Origin: Trypanosoma brucei
Lineage: Eukaryota
Length of the DNA stretch: 64,000 nucleotides
Direction of reading: 5' to 3'
Assembly (NCBI GenBank): GCA_000002445.1
Contig: CP000071.1
Span: forward strand, 960,001-1,024,000
A program made the translations under genes and the position numbers. The notes beneath the pieces are model-generated. The model saw only the letters and a list, made by a program, of their open reading frames with translations. It was not told where the DNA came from and ran no database searches. The first letter of the stretch is position 1. Each line of letters begins with the position of its first letter. Shown here piece by piece: positions 36,966-47,952 of this stretch.

Positions 36966-37488
36966 GTGAACGATCGTGGTTTACTGCTTCAGCGCAGTGA
37001 GCTGCGCGCTCGTCCCTCATGAATACACACGTGCCGCTTTTTCTCTCAATATTGTCAGAGCGCAATAACGAGGAGGGAGGGGGTTATTGCCTCGTGTTGC
37101 ATGCAGACCGATCGGTACCGGCGCTGTCCAGAAAGCCGCGGGCATCTCTTGTTGGAACGCGGAATTTTTCCTTAACTACTTCGGTGGCCCCTGAGGGTTT
37201 GGGAGCGCTCCCGCTGATGGGGTTCCTTTGGCCGCCGTAACCTGCAAACTTCTTTGTGTAGTGGCTTGCCGTTTTTCCCGCTCCCTCATGCTTCCTACAC
37301 GACATATAAACTTTGCCTTTATTTCTCCCCTCCTCGGTGTCCTCTATTTGTACACCACGAATATCTCCATCCGGATAGGGCAGTACAGTACAGGCCGTAC
37401 ATTGAGGGCAAGCCAGTGTTTTGGGTACACGAGGTATAGTTCAGTAACGCAAAAAAAAAAAAAAAGAAGCCTAGGCTCCCTTGAAGTT

Positions 37489-38697
37489 ATGTGGAGGTTT
37501 GGTGCCTCCTCCACAGGTTTGAAGGCCGGTTCCCCGCTGGTTGGGTCGGCGTCCCGCCGCTGCGGCTCAACAGCAACTCCTTCGAGGCGGCGCAGCGGGT
37601 TCTTCAAAATGGGTGACATGTACAAACCCGGTCGTTACACTTCGAAAGATCTACCAAAAGGCCCAAGTGGGTCTAACCAACCGTGGGATCCCGTGTACGC
37701 CAACTACGCCTTCCAGCTCGTAACGGGCCCTCTAAAGCGGAAACAAAACACCACACCAGATGACCATCTCACTGTCGACGAGCTTGACAAGTGGATGGAT
37801 GCGAAAGGTGCCGCCAAGGTTCTTGGAATTAAAGAAGAGGAGCTTCCGACATTGACGGCACCCGCGGTGGAAGAGTATTGGGCAAAAGCATACGGTCAGC
37901 GGAACAACGCTCATCAACAGGAAACTGTTATTGCGGCTGAAGTGTTACTAGAGTATATCGACTCAACCGTACACCGCAAGAAGAGTCGGCAGTACTACCG
38001 ACGGTATATGGATAACGCAAGGCAGGCTATCGATCATGAAACTGAAATGCGTCGTAGCGAACATCGTCAAAAATTCATACATCTCTTTGGTGTGGCGATG
38101 TTTACGGGTTCAGCAATAGTGGTAATCATTGCGTTCTTTCGTGGTTACTTCACACGTCAGGATGTGGAAAAGATAGGGACTGACGCGGCTGCATATCTCA
38201 ACATGGTGTTTTCGCAACCACCAAATCTGGAGCCACCACCAGATTACTCCACGCGATATCGTGACACTCCGCCAGCTATGGAGCTTGCAAAACAACAAGG
38301 CGTGTATGGAGTTGTTGACCCTGCTCGCCTTTCTAACCTCTCTAAGGATGTGAAGCAGTACCGTGCGGATGAGGAAATGGAGATGCTTCGGATGCTGAAC
38401 GATGAGAACGATAAGGCGCGACAAAGGCGGAAGGGGGATCAGGTGCGGGAGAGTCGCGTGGTTGTGTACCGCGCTGGTGACTTTGATGATGCAGGTGAAC
38501 TAAAGGATCTGGCGAAGGAAAAGGAGGCGGTGAAGCCTTTGTCCGCTTTTTCTCAACAATCATTCCGTGACTTTGCTGCTTTGATGGCTTCACAGTTTGG
38601 TGGAGGTTCACGGTTTCAACGCATTACGCAGGACAGCGTTCGGCGCGCGGAAGAAATGGAGAGGATGCAGAAGCGTATGAATGAAATTGAAGAGTAG
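37489..38697 (+). CDS. Hypothetical single-pass membrane protein; the start codon is uncertain.
   Basis: The track start at 37228 is TTG and that reading runs through a pyrimidine tract and an A15 run (37450-37465), which is UTR-like. The first plausible ATG is at 37489 (MWRFGASS..., Arg/Ser-rich N-terminus); an alternative ATG is at 37609. One hydrophobic helix FIHLFGVAMFTGSAIVVIIAFF. The C-terminus is rich in charged, coiled-coil-like sequence. Confidence 0.45.
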   Translation: MWRFGASSTGLKAGSPLVGSASRRCGSTATPSRRRSGFFKMGDMYKPGRYTSKDLPKGPSGSNQPWDPVYANYAFQLVTGPLKRKQNTTPDDHLTVDELDKWMDAKGAAKVLGIKEEELPTLTAPAVEEYWAKAYGQRNNAHQQETVIAAEVLLEYIDSTVHRKKSRQYYRRYMDNARQAIDHETEMRRSEHRQKFIHLFGVAMFTGSAIVVIIAFFRGYFTRQDVEKIGTDAAAYLNMVFSQPPNLEPPPDYSTRYRDTPPAMELAKQQGVYGVVDPARLSNLSKDVKQYRADEEMEMLRMLNDENDKARQRRKGDQVRESRVVVYRAGDFDDAGELKDLAKEKEAVKPLSAFSQQSFRDFAALMASQFGGGSRFQRITQDSVRRAEEMERMQKRMNEIEE

Positions 38698-39072
38698 GGA
38701 TGTTGGTTTGGGGCCTGACGTTAAGTGACATCGGATTGTTTATTGAAGTGTTACTACCACCGGTACCTCGTGGGCCAGGCTCCGTAACGGAGGCCCACAT
38801 GCGCCCCATTGTGGGTGATACGGCTTATGTGGGGTATGAGTTCTGTGGGTTGACATTACGTTTAACTTCCCTAACTTTCTTCAATCGTCATTTGATTACA
38901 CATATCTGTGTATGTGTGCGGAGTTTCTGTTGTTCGCGACTTTCCGTGTGTTATCCCCCTCTTTAATTGTTGCATGCGCAAACTGAGAAATCTTTTCCTT
39001 TTATTCTTAGTTACAGCACCCAGGTTTATACAGCACGAAAGTGGACTCACCTTCCTGTTCGGCTCCGCGCAA

Positions 39073-39996
39073 ATGTCTCGCACCATAAAGAAGGAAAAAG
39101 ACACAAAGCCGACCCATACTTCTGTCGCTCTTGCATCCTCCTGCGCGACATTTGCTACCAAGTCGCTGCTGCATCCCATAGACACGACTAAATGCCGGAT
39201 ACAGCATTCAGTGGGGAAAACATTGCGTTCGTTGCATCGAGAGTATCGTGGCAAATGGGGGCCTAGGTATTTATATGGTGGATTGCCCGTCAAGTTACTC
39301 TTTAGTGTTCCATACCAGTCCCTGTACATGACAACATATGCTGCCGCTAGTGGTGCATTACTTCCCGATGGCACTGCCAGTCCTCACAGTTATTGGGTGT
39401 TTTTAGGAGGAACTATAGGTGCTGCTTGTGCCGCTGAACTCGCTGGCTGCGTCTTGCGCGTGCCAATGGAAACTATGAAGATGCGATTGCAGGCGGGAGT
39501 GGTGTTAAACACCGCGGCTGCTTTTCGTCAGATGCGGATGCATGGACTTCACGGTTTTCGTAGGATGGTGCTGTCACAGACGCTTTTGCACGATATTCCC
39601 TACAGCGCCACGCAGTGGATTGTATATGAAAGCCTTCGGCCCTGGACTACTCAGCTGCTGAAGAATCAAAAGTCAGATGAGCAATCTGCCTCCGGTGTGG
39701 GCCCGATGTCGCGGTGGTATTCTTACGCACAGACCTTTTTGCGCACAGTCCTAAGCGGTGGATTTAGTGCTCTAATCGCTTCGACTGTCACTGTTCCACT
39801 TGATGTTATGAGGACACGAACAGTTGTTGCCGCTGCTGCAGATCCCAATATAACCATTTCTGCTGTTGCCCGTGATGCTTACAGGCGGGGAGGTGCGCGT
39901 GCCTTTGTTCGAGGCTCGGCCACACGTGTGCTTTGGGTGACCAGTAACATGGCTGTCTACTTTCCACTCTTTGAGCTTTTCACCACTTGCATGTAG
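39073..39996 (+). CDS. Mitochondrial carrier family protein (SLC25-like).
   Basis: The track start at 38908 is GTG. The ATG at 39073 sits downstream of the pyrimidine tract and AG sites (38990-39060). There are three carrier signature repeats: PIDTTKCRIQ, PMETMKMRLQ and PLDVMRTRTV (Px[DE]xx[KR]x[RK]). The length from 39073 is about 307 aa, typical for this family. Confidence 0.8.
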   Translation: MSRTIKKEKDTKPTHTSVALASSCATFATKSLLHPIDTTKCRIQHSVGKTLRSLHREYRGKWGPRYLYGGLPVKLLFSVPYQSLYMTTYAAASGALLPDGTASPHSYWVFLGGTIGAACAAELAGCVLRVPMETMKMRLQAGVVLNTAAAFRQMRMHGLHGFRRMVLSQTLLHDIPYSATQWIVYESLRPWTTQLLKNQKSDEQSASGVGPMSRWYSYAQTFLRTVLSGGFSALIASTVTVPLDVMRTRTVVAAAADPNITISAVARDAYRRGGARAFVRGSATRVLWVTSNMAVYFPLFELFTTCM

Positions 39997-41025
39997 GACG
40001 GGGATGAAGGATGAATTAGTATGGGTAAATAGAACATTTTAGGTGCGTGGAAAAAGGAAGTCAAAAGCGGTGTTAATAATTAGGAGTTGTGGTATATACA
40101 TGTGTATGTTTACATTTATGTTTCAATACCATTATTACTATTAAATTTTTTTTCTCGTAATGACTATTTTCACACAGTTTAATCTCTAAATTACACCTTA
40201 CCTTCTGTGGATTTACCCACATTCACTTTCATATTTTATTCTTTCATCTATTCGGCCCTTTGATTGACGGGTGCTGAGGAGGACACAAAAAAAAATTTCT
40301 CTTGAGAGAAGGAACAGAACTGGAGACGAAAAAAGGGTACGGCAAGAGAAAGGAGGGGACGTGCCGATGCCGTTCAACTTATCATCGTCAGTGCCACTGT
40401 ATTTAAACGTTGGCATTAATAGCAGACCGCTAACGTTGATGCGCGCCTTATTATTGTTGTTATTTTAAACGTATATTAATAATGATAAATACGTAAATAT
40501 TTGTACATGTATATATCTGTACGTGTGCGGTCGTGCGGGTTGATAGGAACTTGAGAACAATAAACGGGTAAAAGCTTCTTGTGCGCTGTGATAACATCCA
40601 AATCATCCCCTCTTCCTATTGGCAGGATGGTCATGTTTTGTACAATAATACTTATCCATTTGTTAAACCGTTTATTCATTTCGGTAGCGAGTACTAAAGT
40701 AAGAGAGGGAATGTCCGCGAATACCTCTGTTACTTGTGTTTGGAAACTCGTATAATTTTACCGGTTTATTGCAATGATCGTGACGGTCACCGCCAACAGC
40801 ACTGAGACATCCCGCTTTTTCTCCTTCCCCTTTCTTTTTCAATCACATTTTTCTTTCTTTATGCATTCATGTGGAGGGCGAACTCACCTTTTCGTTCTTG
40901 AGAAGAAGCTGTGGCGCCGGAGGTGAAAAAATTTTTCAAATTGGAATAAGTATTACGGCTTGTGGGAGCGAAGGAAGGATAAAGGGGTGAAAAAACCATA
41001 TCGTCACTAATCACAACAACTGCAA

Positions 41026-41050
41026 CAATAATAATAATAATAACAATAAC
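41026..41050 (+). repeat. (AAT)n microsatellite.
   Basis: The sequence aataataataataataacaataac. Confidence 0.9.
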
Positions 41051-41109
41051 TGACGCGGCCGTGCAGCTGTCAGCAACGCAAGGGAAAAGGAAGGAGAGTG
41101 GTGGAACAG

Positions 41110-42162
41110 ATGGAGGGACACGGAATTGATGTGAAGAGCGCATGGGTTGAGTTTACTGCAGAGTTATGTGATGAGTTGAACGATGCCCGCTGTCTTGGAG
41201 TTGCTGCCGCTACACCAGAGGAAGCTTCGGGTATTTGCGCCCTCGTTGATGAGGCATGTGCCAGCCTTGTTAGTGCAAAGGATGAAACGGAGTTTCTGTT
41301 TCCTTTGAACTCGTTGATGCACACGACGCGCGTATGCTTCACGAATGAAAATAACATAAAAAAATTAGAGGAATGCACTGCTGTTTATGGTCGTGTGCCA
41401 ATGGTTATGCTCCTTGAGATGAAAGAAAACCGCTCCTTTGTATTAGATTTTACTCCGGGAACATCTGTGGCAGACGTTGAGGAGTTTCTCAGCGGTGTTG
41501 CACGCGGCACCGTTGCAAAAGCACTTCAAGGCGCTGCACCTCCCTCAGATGACCACTTTCAGCCAGTTGAGGGAATCACACTTCGTCATGGTCTCTGTGC
41601 TGTGACGAGTACAATAGAGCGACTCAAGCATCAACAGCCCGGCGGCGCCCTCTGCATATTTTGGAGTCACCGCTGTTCAATGTGTCCCCATATGATGCTT
41701 CTGCTAGACGCCTCTGTTGGTGCCTTGCGGCGGGAGCTACAACGTCACGGCACTGAGCAGACCTTCACTTACATGTGTTGTGACGTTGACGAAAATGATT
41801 TGCCGGAGGAAGTCTTTCCGAGGGCTCAGGAGGGAGAAGAAGTGACGGTTCCCCAAATTGTGGCGTTCAACAGTGCTGGTGAGCGTTTTGTTTATGACGG
41901 CCGTCGCACAGCACCTTCCATCATGTCGTTTGCGTGGGAACACTGCGTCCCAAAGGAGGTGAGAGATGCAACGGATATCAAAAGGAGTGTGATGAAGGCT
42001 GTTGAGTCGGTGTGCATTGAAGAACTTCTGAATAGTGACGTATCAGCGAGAGTGAGTGGTGATGTTGCAACAGCAGAAGTGGGAAATGGGCTGTCGCATG
42101 GGGGAGAGATGGAGGAAAAACTGAAGGACCGTAAGAGGCCCCGGTGCGTGGGTTCCGAGTGA
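41110..42162 (+). CDS. Thioredoxin-fold domain protein with a CxxC motif.
   Basis: The track start at 41098 is GTG; the first ATG is at 41110. The segment ALCIFWSHRCSMCPHMM ... CCDVDENDLPEEVFPRAQ...VPQIVAFNSAGERFVYDGRRTAPSIMSFA matches the thioredoxin/PDI-domain pattern (WCxxC ... D ... F.v.g.PT). Confidence 0.5.
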   Translation: MEGHGIDVKSAWVEFTAELCDELNDARCLGVAAATPEEASGICALVDEACASLVSAKDETEFLFPLNSLMHTTRVCFTNENNIKKLEECTAVYGRVPMVMLLEMKENRSFVLDFTPGTSVADVEEFLSGVARGTVAKALQGAAPPSDDHFQPVEGITLRHGLCAVTSTIERLKHQQPGGALCIFWSHRCSMCPHMMLLLDASVGALRRELQRHGTEQTFTYMCCDVDENDLPEEVFPRAQEGEEVTVPQIVAFNSAGERFVYDGRRTAPSIMSFAWEHCVPKEVRDATDIKRSVMKAVESVCIEELLNSDVSARVSGDVATAEVGNGLSHGGEMEEKLKDRKRPRCVGSE

Positions 42163-43837
42163 ATCTCGCAATATAAATATATGAGGAGTTGGTAAGGAAG
42201 GGGGCGAATGTGACTGGGAAATAATAAATAAGGAGACGGGGGAAGTTTGTGGTTGGATGAATGTGAGGGAATGTCGCGTGAAAGGCGTGGAGAGAACGTG
42301 ATGGGTCGTAACCATCCGCGTGTATTTACCTGATGATCGATGTGTTAATTACCAGGAGCGCATGAATATGGGAGTTAATGTGGGCATAGGCTTTTTTTTT
42401 CGTTGTGTTGCTTCAACGACCCGACAATATTCTTTTTAACTTATACTTGTGTCTGCCGGCCTCTTCACGTGGTTGATTACTTTCCCTCAGTTCTTTTCAT
42501 GCGCTACCACTACTTACAACTGCGGTGCATTTTTGAGTATAGTCGTATGGAGGTGCGTTTATATATGACTATTTACGTTTTTGTATACGCAATTGATGCT
42601 TAAATATTTTGGTGCGTTTTCATTTGTAGAGGATTCTCCACTGCAAGGCGAGGTGCCGATTCTTTTTTTTTCCAACCATGTGATAATTAATGACCTCTGT
42701 GACGGAATTTTAATTAGCGGTGTAGATAATGATAAAAACAAGTAAGTGTACTCTTCCACCACTCAACGAGGGGAATAGGAAACGGTTAAATAGGAGGAGT
42801 AATTCCACGTGTCAAATGCCTTTCCTAAAGTAGCCGTGAATAAGCGAAGTGAAGCCGCAGGAAACATTTCTATTTTCTATTTTTTTTTTATATGTACGTA
42901 TATATATTTCGCGCCTTATGTTGTTCCTCATTCGCATTCCCACGTTCTGCGGCTGCCCACCATTTTGTCGACTTTTAGGGATCATTTCATATGATGCTCA
43001 TCGCATGGTGAAACTTTTCCACGCATCTATGCTCACAAATATTTTCAACTGAATGGGCATATTTTCTCCTGTCGTGACGTGTCGTCCAGGACATATACAC
43101 AAACACCCCATTCAAAAAATAAAGAATAAAAGAAGAATTATCCCGTGAATGAGTGCTTTGAAAATGGTTATATCGCTATCGGGCGCATGCCCCCAAAAGC
43201 TGCTCACGCATGTTCATAATATACCAGTGCTGTCGGTGCCTGTTTTCCGTATTTTTGTCGACCTTTAGTTTGATATTTATTGGACAGGTATAAAACCCCG
43301 GCATTTCCCTTGCCTGCGACTCCATTCTGTTGTCGCTGCTATCATTATCGTTATTATTGTTACTATTTTCGTTTCATTGATGATGGCCAAGTTATTGTAT
43401 GTATTGATGCGGAAGAAAGGCTAGTGGGGAGGCCGTATTTTTGGGAAAGGAGTTGATGAGGCGAGGCGTATGTGTGTTTGTGTGAAGCCAGTCGCGAAGT
43501 GCAGTGAACCGCCCCCGAAAAAATACATACAAAAACCATGCGTGTATGTTGATGTGCTTCACTTTTTTCGGAACGCAAGAGCCAAAAAAATAGCAATGTT
43601 GAAAAGTTCAGTTATAATTCTTCTATTTCTTGTGTTTTATTTGCATGTGTACGTGCGCTCCAAGTCATTTGAGCTGTGGAACCAGCGGTTGTGCAACTCA
43701 TATTAGATTTGGATATAACATTTGTGGCAACCTAACCCACCCACCCTCCTAGGCAAACATTTAAAAAAAAACGGTGGTACACTATTTCCGGCATAAATTT
43801 GTTGAAGAGAAAGAGAAGGAAGGGAAGGTAACAACCG

Positions 43838-46800
43838 ATGCGCAAGACGGTGGTGCGCTTAAAGACATTCAATCCGCCTCAGCAATTGCAGGGAGGTAAT
43901 TCTTCTTCCGTACAACTGACGCGAACAAACGCCAACATCGTCACCGGTAATGACAACGATAAGAGTCGTGCATCTTCCCGAGCAGTGACATCGGTGCCGG
44001 AGAGAACATTGCAATCAGCAGCCGCTCCAGCATTGCAACGTGTGAAACGGGGCCGTGAGGAGTTGCCACAGAACAACTCAGCGAGTGGCCTTTCAGGAGT
44101 GGGTGCCGTAATAATGCCCTCGTCGCAATTTAGTGAGGTGGGGCCGTGGTCACAATTTATGCGGGAAGGGGCGGCGGATTTAACGGCGCATCCACATGCA
44201 GTTCCCACGTCTACAGAAGGAGACGCACCACCCCGTGATTTTTGCGATGGGGATGAAGATGATATGCCCCCCGTAAGCCAGGAGGAACTTCAGCGTGAAG
44301 CGGAGGAGGACATGAGACTTTCTACAGATGTTATATTAACCCCTGGAACACCCAATGGAAACACTTGTGAGCCGTTTTCAAGCGTCAGCGCGGTGCCCAC
44401 TTGCACTCTGACCGTCCCTAGTTTGAACTCAGAAGTTTCTCAAATATCAACCGGTCTTGACTATGGGAATGTGTACGGCCATGTTCCCTTTGGTACACCC
44501 GTCATTAACGATAATGTTCCGTCGGGAACGTCGGCGTCAGCTTTACCTCGTCCCTCGGTAGACGACCCCGATTTCTTCTACGATCTTCCCGTGTCTGTAA
44601 AGGATTTCTACGCGACGAGACGTGGTATCAAGAAGTTGTACAATTGGCAGCACGAAGTTCTAATGCGCGATGACATTCGTGCTGGTGGCAGTTTGGTGTA
44701 CAGCCTTCCAACCAGTGGTGGTAAAACTCTTGTGGCCGAAATTTCCTTGCTTCGTTGCCTTATCAATAGGGGACAATCGTGTTTATTTGTTCTTCCCTTT
44801 GTATCGCTGGCGGAGGAGAAGACAGACGCTATGATTCCTCTAGGTGATGTGTTGGGGTTTACCGTCGATGGTCACTATAGTACGCGCGGAAGGTTTCCCT
44901 TACCAGTATCCAAGGCTGTGTTTGTATGCACAATTGAAAAGGCAAACTCGTTGGTCAATCATATGCTAGAGGAAAATACAATTGGAAGAATTGGTACAAT
45001 TGTGGTGGATGAACTTCACATGCTTGGAGAAACTTCTCGAGGTGCAACGCTGGAGCTACTACTGACGAAATTGTTATGCTTGCGGCACAAAGTGCAAATT
45101 ATTGGCATGAGTGCTACGATACCGAATCTGCCAGATATTGCAAGGTGGTTACGGGCCAGTTGCTATATTGGAAATTACCGGCCTGTGCCACTTCGTCAGT
45201 ATGCTGTTGTGGGAGGGGAGGTGCTGGAGGATGGTCGCGAAGTTTGTCGTAGTCTCGTTGCAGCCGGTCACACTTCCGAGAGCAGCCAGTTGGTCTTTCT
45301 GACAACGGAGGTTAAGGGTGCGTCGGTGTTAGTATTCTGTGCGAGTCGACAGCAGACGGTGAGTACGGCACGTCTCATTGCGCGATCGCGAAAAGAAGAG
45401 GTTGACAAAGAGGGTGGTGTGCGGTATAACGCGTCCTCTTTGGCCCTTGTGGCGGATCTTCGTGCTCTCGACAGCGAAGAGAGTTCTCTTCTGAGCCAAC
45501 TTGTTCCTTACGGTGTTGCATTCCACCATGGGGGCTTGGTTGCTGAGGAACGCACGTTGATTGAGACTGCCTTTCGCCGTCGATCCATTGGCGTGTTGTG
45601 TTGCACTTCCACACTAGCCGCTGGTGTCAACCTTCCAGCGCGACGCGTAATCTTCAAGACACCGTTTGTCGCTGTCGACTTCTTAACGAAATCTCGCTAC
45701 CTGCAGATGTGTGGGCGTGCGGGTCGCGCAGGTCTAGATGAATTTGGGGAGTCGTTTTTGTTCCTTTCTCGAAAGGACCGAAACAGAGGCTGCGAGTTGA
45801 TGCAGCAGGAGGTGGAGGCTTGTGTTAGTCAGCTGTTGGAGGAAAAGAGTACGGTTGAAAGGGCCCTTCTGGAGTTTGTCGCGATTGGGCTCATTCGGAG
45901 CCTTTCCGACGCACGCAAGTGGGGGGAGAACATTTTGTTTCACCATGCACCTGGGCCTATTGACAAGGGATTGAACGCAGGATCGGTGGCGGTGCCAGAA
46001 ATGCTGGAGGGCATCATACAGTCTGCTTTGAGCAAACTTGTGGAAAGGGGTCTGATGCAGCGGTTGTCGCGGCCAGCAGCGGATGCATCTCGAGAAGACT
46101 CTGATGTACTCGGCGATAGCGATGTCACAAATGCCAAAAACGGCGATGCGAAAAACAATGGCACTGGTGACGGAGACGCTATTTTAAGCTCGTCTCCATT
46201 TGGCTCCTGCTCTGTGCGCTCATGTTTTGGGGTCGAAGATGCCTTGATTGTGCGTTTGGAGTTAGAGAAATTGCAGCAATCGGGACTGATTCTTGCTGAC
46301 GATTTGCACATGTGCTACTTTGTTACCCCTCTTCGTGATCCTATCGACGTTGACTGGTCTATCTACAGGGACATTCTTTCGCAACTTAACGAGACCCGCC
46401 AGCGAATTGCGAGCATGATAGGTGTCGACGAATTTTACGTGAATCAACGTGCCATGGGGCTTGGTGATGCAGGCGGTAATGGTGGTGGGAGGGCTTTCGC
46501 AACTCGCCGTTTTTACGCCGCCCTTGCGCTTGCGGATCTTCTGAATGAGGTTCCTATCGGTGAGGTTGAGCAGCGCTACCGATGTAATCGCGGACAGCTT
46601 CAGAACCTACTACGTAGCGCCTCCATGTTCAGCAGCTCCATCACAAGTTTTTGCCGTGCTATGGAGTGGTATTCATTAGAGGCCGTTTTGGCATCATTTG
46701 TGAAGCGTCTGGGATTTGGTGTGAAACCGGACATCATACCATTAATGGAAATTAAAGGCGTACAGCCGGGGCGGGCACGTGCTCTTTGGCGGGCTGGGTT

Positions 46801-47011
46801 TAAAGATCCCGCTGCCGTTGCCGCCTGCACCCCAGCGGAATTACTCAAGCGCGTGAAGGAAGCGAACCCGCCAGACAGTAAAGTGGTGAAATATTTTTCC
46901 ATACGATCTGCCGTTGTGGTGCTGCGCGAGGCAAATGCGTGGGTTCAGCAGAACATCCGTGAAAAGAAGGGAGATTTGGCTGATTTAACCCTCCAATCTT
47001 CAACCTACTGA
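43838..47011 (+). CDS. Ski2-like superfamily-2 DNA helicase of the POLQ-helicase / HEL308 (HELQ) type.
   Basis: ATG at 43838. Motif I YSLPTSGGKTLVAE (about 44708) resembles the POLQ/HELQ consensus YSAPTSAGKT. Motif II VVDELHML (about 45002-45022). Motif III MSAT. Motif V TSTLAAGVNLPA. Motif VI QMCGRAGRAG. The C-terminal region is compatible with winged-helix/HhH domains. The 1057-aa length with no polymerase domain fits a helicase-only POLQ paralogue/HELQ. Confidence 0.75.
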   Translation: MRKTVVRLKTFNPPQQLQGGNSSSVQLTRTNANIVTGNDNDKSRASSRAVTSVPERTLQSAAAPALQRVKRGREELPQNNSASGLSGVGAVIMPSSQFSEVGPWSQFMREGAADLTAHPHAVPTSTEGDAPPRDFCDGDEDDMPPVSQEELQREAEEDMRLSTDVILTPGTPNGNTCEPFSSVSAVPTCTLTVPSLNSEVSQISTGLDYGNVYGHVPFGTPVINDNVPSGTSASALPRPSVDDPDFFYDLPVSVKDFYATRRGIKKLYNWQHEVLMRDDIRAGGSLVYSLPTSGGKTLVAEISLLRCLINRGQSCLFVLPFVSLAEEKTDAMIPLGDVLGFTVDGHYSTRGRFPLPVSKAVFVCTIEKANSLVNHMLEENTIGRIGTIVVDELHMLGETSRGATLELLLTKLLCLRHKVQIIGMSATIPNLPDIARWLRASCYIGNYRPVPLRQYAVVGGEVLEDGREVCRSLVAAGHTSESSQLVFLTTEVKGASVLVFCASRQQTVSTARLIARSRKEEVDKEGGVRYNASSLALVADLRALDSEESSLLSQLVPYGVAFHHGGLVAEERTLIETAFRRRSIGVLCCTSTLAAGVNLPARRVIFKTPFVAVDFLTKSRYLQMCGRAGRAGLDEFGESFLFLSRKDRNRGCELMQQEVEACVSQLLEEKSTVERALLEFVAIGLIRSLSDARKWGENILFHHAPGPIDKGLNAGSVAVPEMLEGIIQSALSKLVERGLMQRLSRPAADASREDSDVLGDSDVTNAKNGDAKNNGTGDGDAILSSSPFGSCSVRSCFGVEDALIVRLELEKLQQSGLILADDLHMCYFVTPLRDPIDVDWSIYRDILSQLNETRQRIASMIGVDEFYVNQRAMGLGDAGGNGGGRAFATRRFYAALALADLLNEVPIGEVEQRYRCNRGQLQNLLRSASMFSSSITSFCRAMEWYSLEAVLASFVKRLGFGVKPDIIPLMEIKGVQPGRARALWRAGFKDPAAVAACTPAELLKRVKEANPPDSKVVKYFSIRSAVVVLREANAWVQQNIREKKGDLADLTLQSSTY

Positions 47012-47952
47012 AGACGTGCGTTGTGGTGACGGACATTGTGTTTTCCAGGAAAGGTATTTTTTAAACCTCTTTTTTTTTCTTTTTTGAGGTGGTGTGGTGT
47101 GCCACGCCGTGTGAAATACCGGGCTGGTACCGCGCAAGGTTCAGTGCTTCGATTTTACTCCTTCTCTTTTCTCGGTGGTTTGCGCTACCGACTTTTCTTC
47201 GTTTTTTTAGTCTGTTTCCTCTTTAGCGTACTTCCACGATTAACCCATTTCCTACTCCCTGTTTACGGGTGTTGGGACATGGTTGATGAGGTTGTTACCC
47301 GCCGTCCTATATATATATATATATACGTACTTTGTATTGCCCCTTGTTTTGTTTTTGTCTAAAATGCTTGTTTGGAGCAATGCGCATGCAAACGGCAACA
47401 AGGGCTGGAAGGTTGTGAAGTGAGGGCTGAACGAGCTATTGCTTTTTCGGCGTCACCAATCGGTCAGAAATCTTGTCACTTCGATTTATCTTCGTTCTCT
47501 TTCTTTCTGTTTTTACGTAGGAATCTTTTCCTTCCCTACCTTTTCAACTCTCGAATTTACCGTTTTTGCGGTTTCCTGGTGAGCTGAAGAGTAAAGGGTC
47601 GCTACTGCGCGGGATTCCTCTTTTTATTCAAAACATTCATAATGACTTTTTTTTGTTTCCTTTATTGTCATTGTTATTGTTATTGAGTATGTACTTTGTT
47701 CCATTCCATTCCCTTTCATTTCTTCGTTCTTCAAAAGAAGAATTGAAACTGATCCTCATGATTTCTTTCAGCCCACTGCTCTACTCATCATTGTTGCGAT
47801 AACTATAATTGTAAATATATATTTTTTCTTCTTCTTTTCCTTCTCTTGCGCTTGCTGCTGCTTCAGTATCGGTGCCCAGAGAGTGGGAAAGATCTGTACC
47901 TAACAGAATTTTTTTTTTTTAAAAGAAACGTAACGAACAAAAATTTGACGTC

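Noticed and set aside
26241-47011. An interpretation that REV3 and the POLQ-type helicase form a functional operon-like repair module.
   Set aside because: Kinetoplastid polycistrons are not functionally organised operons and several unrelated genes (ELP3, a carrier, a thioredoxin-like protein) lie between them. It is recorded only as a coincidence worth noting.
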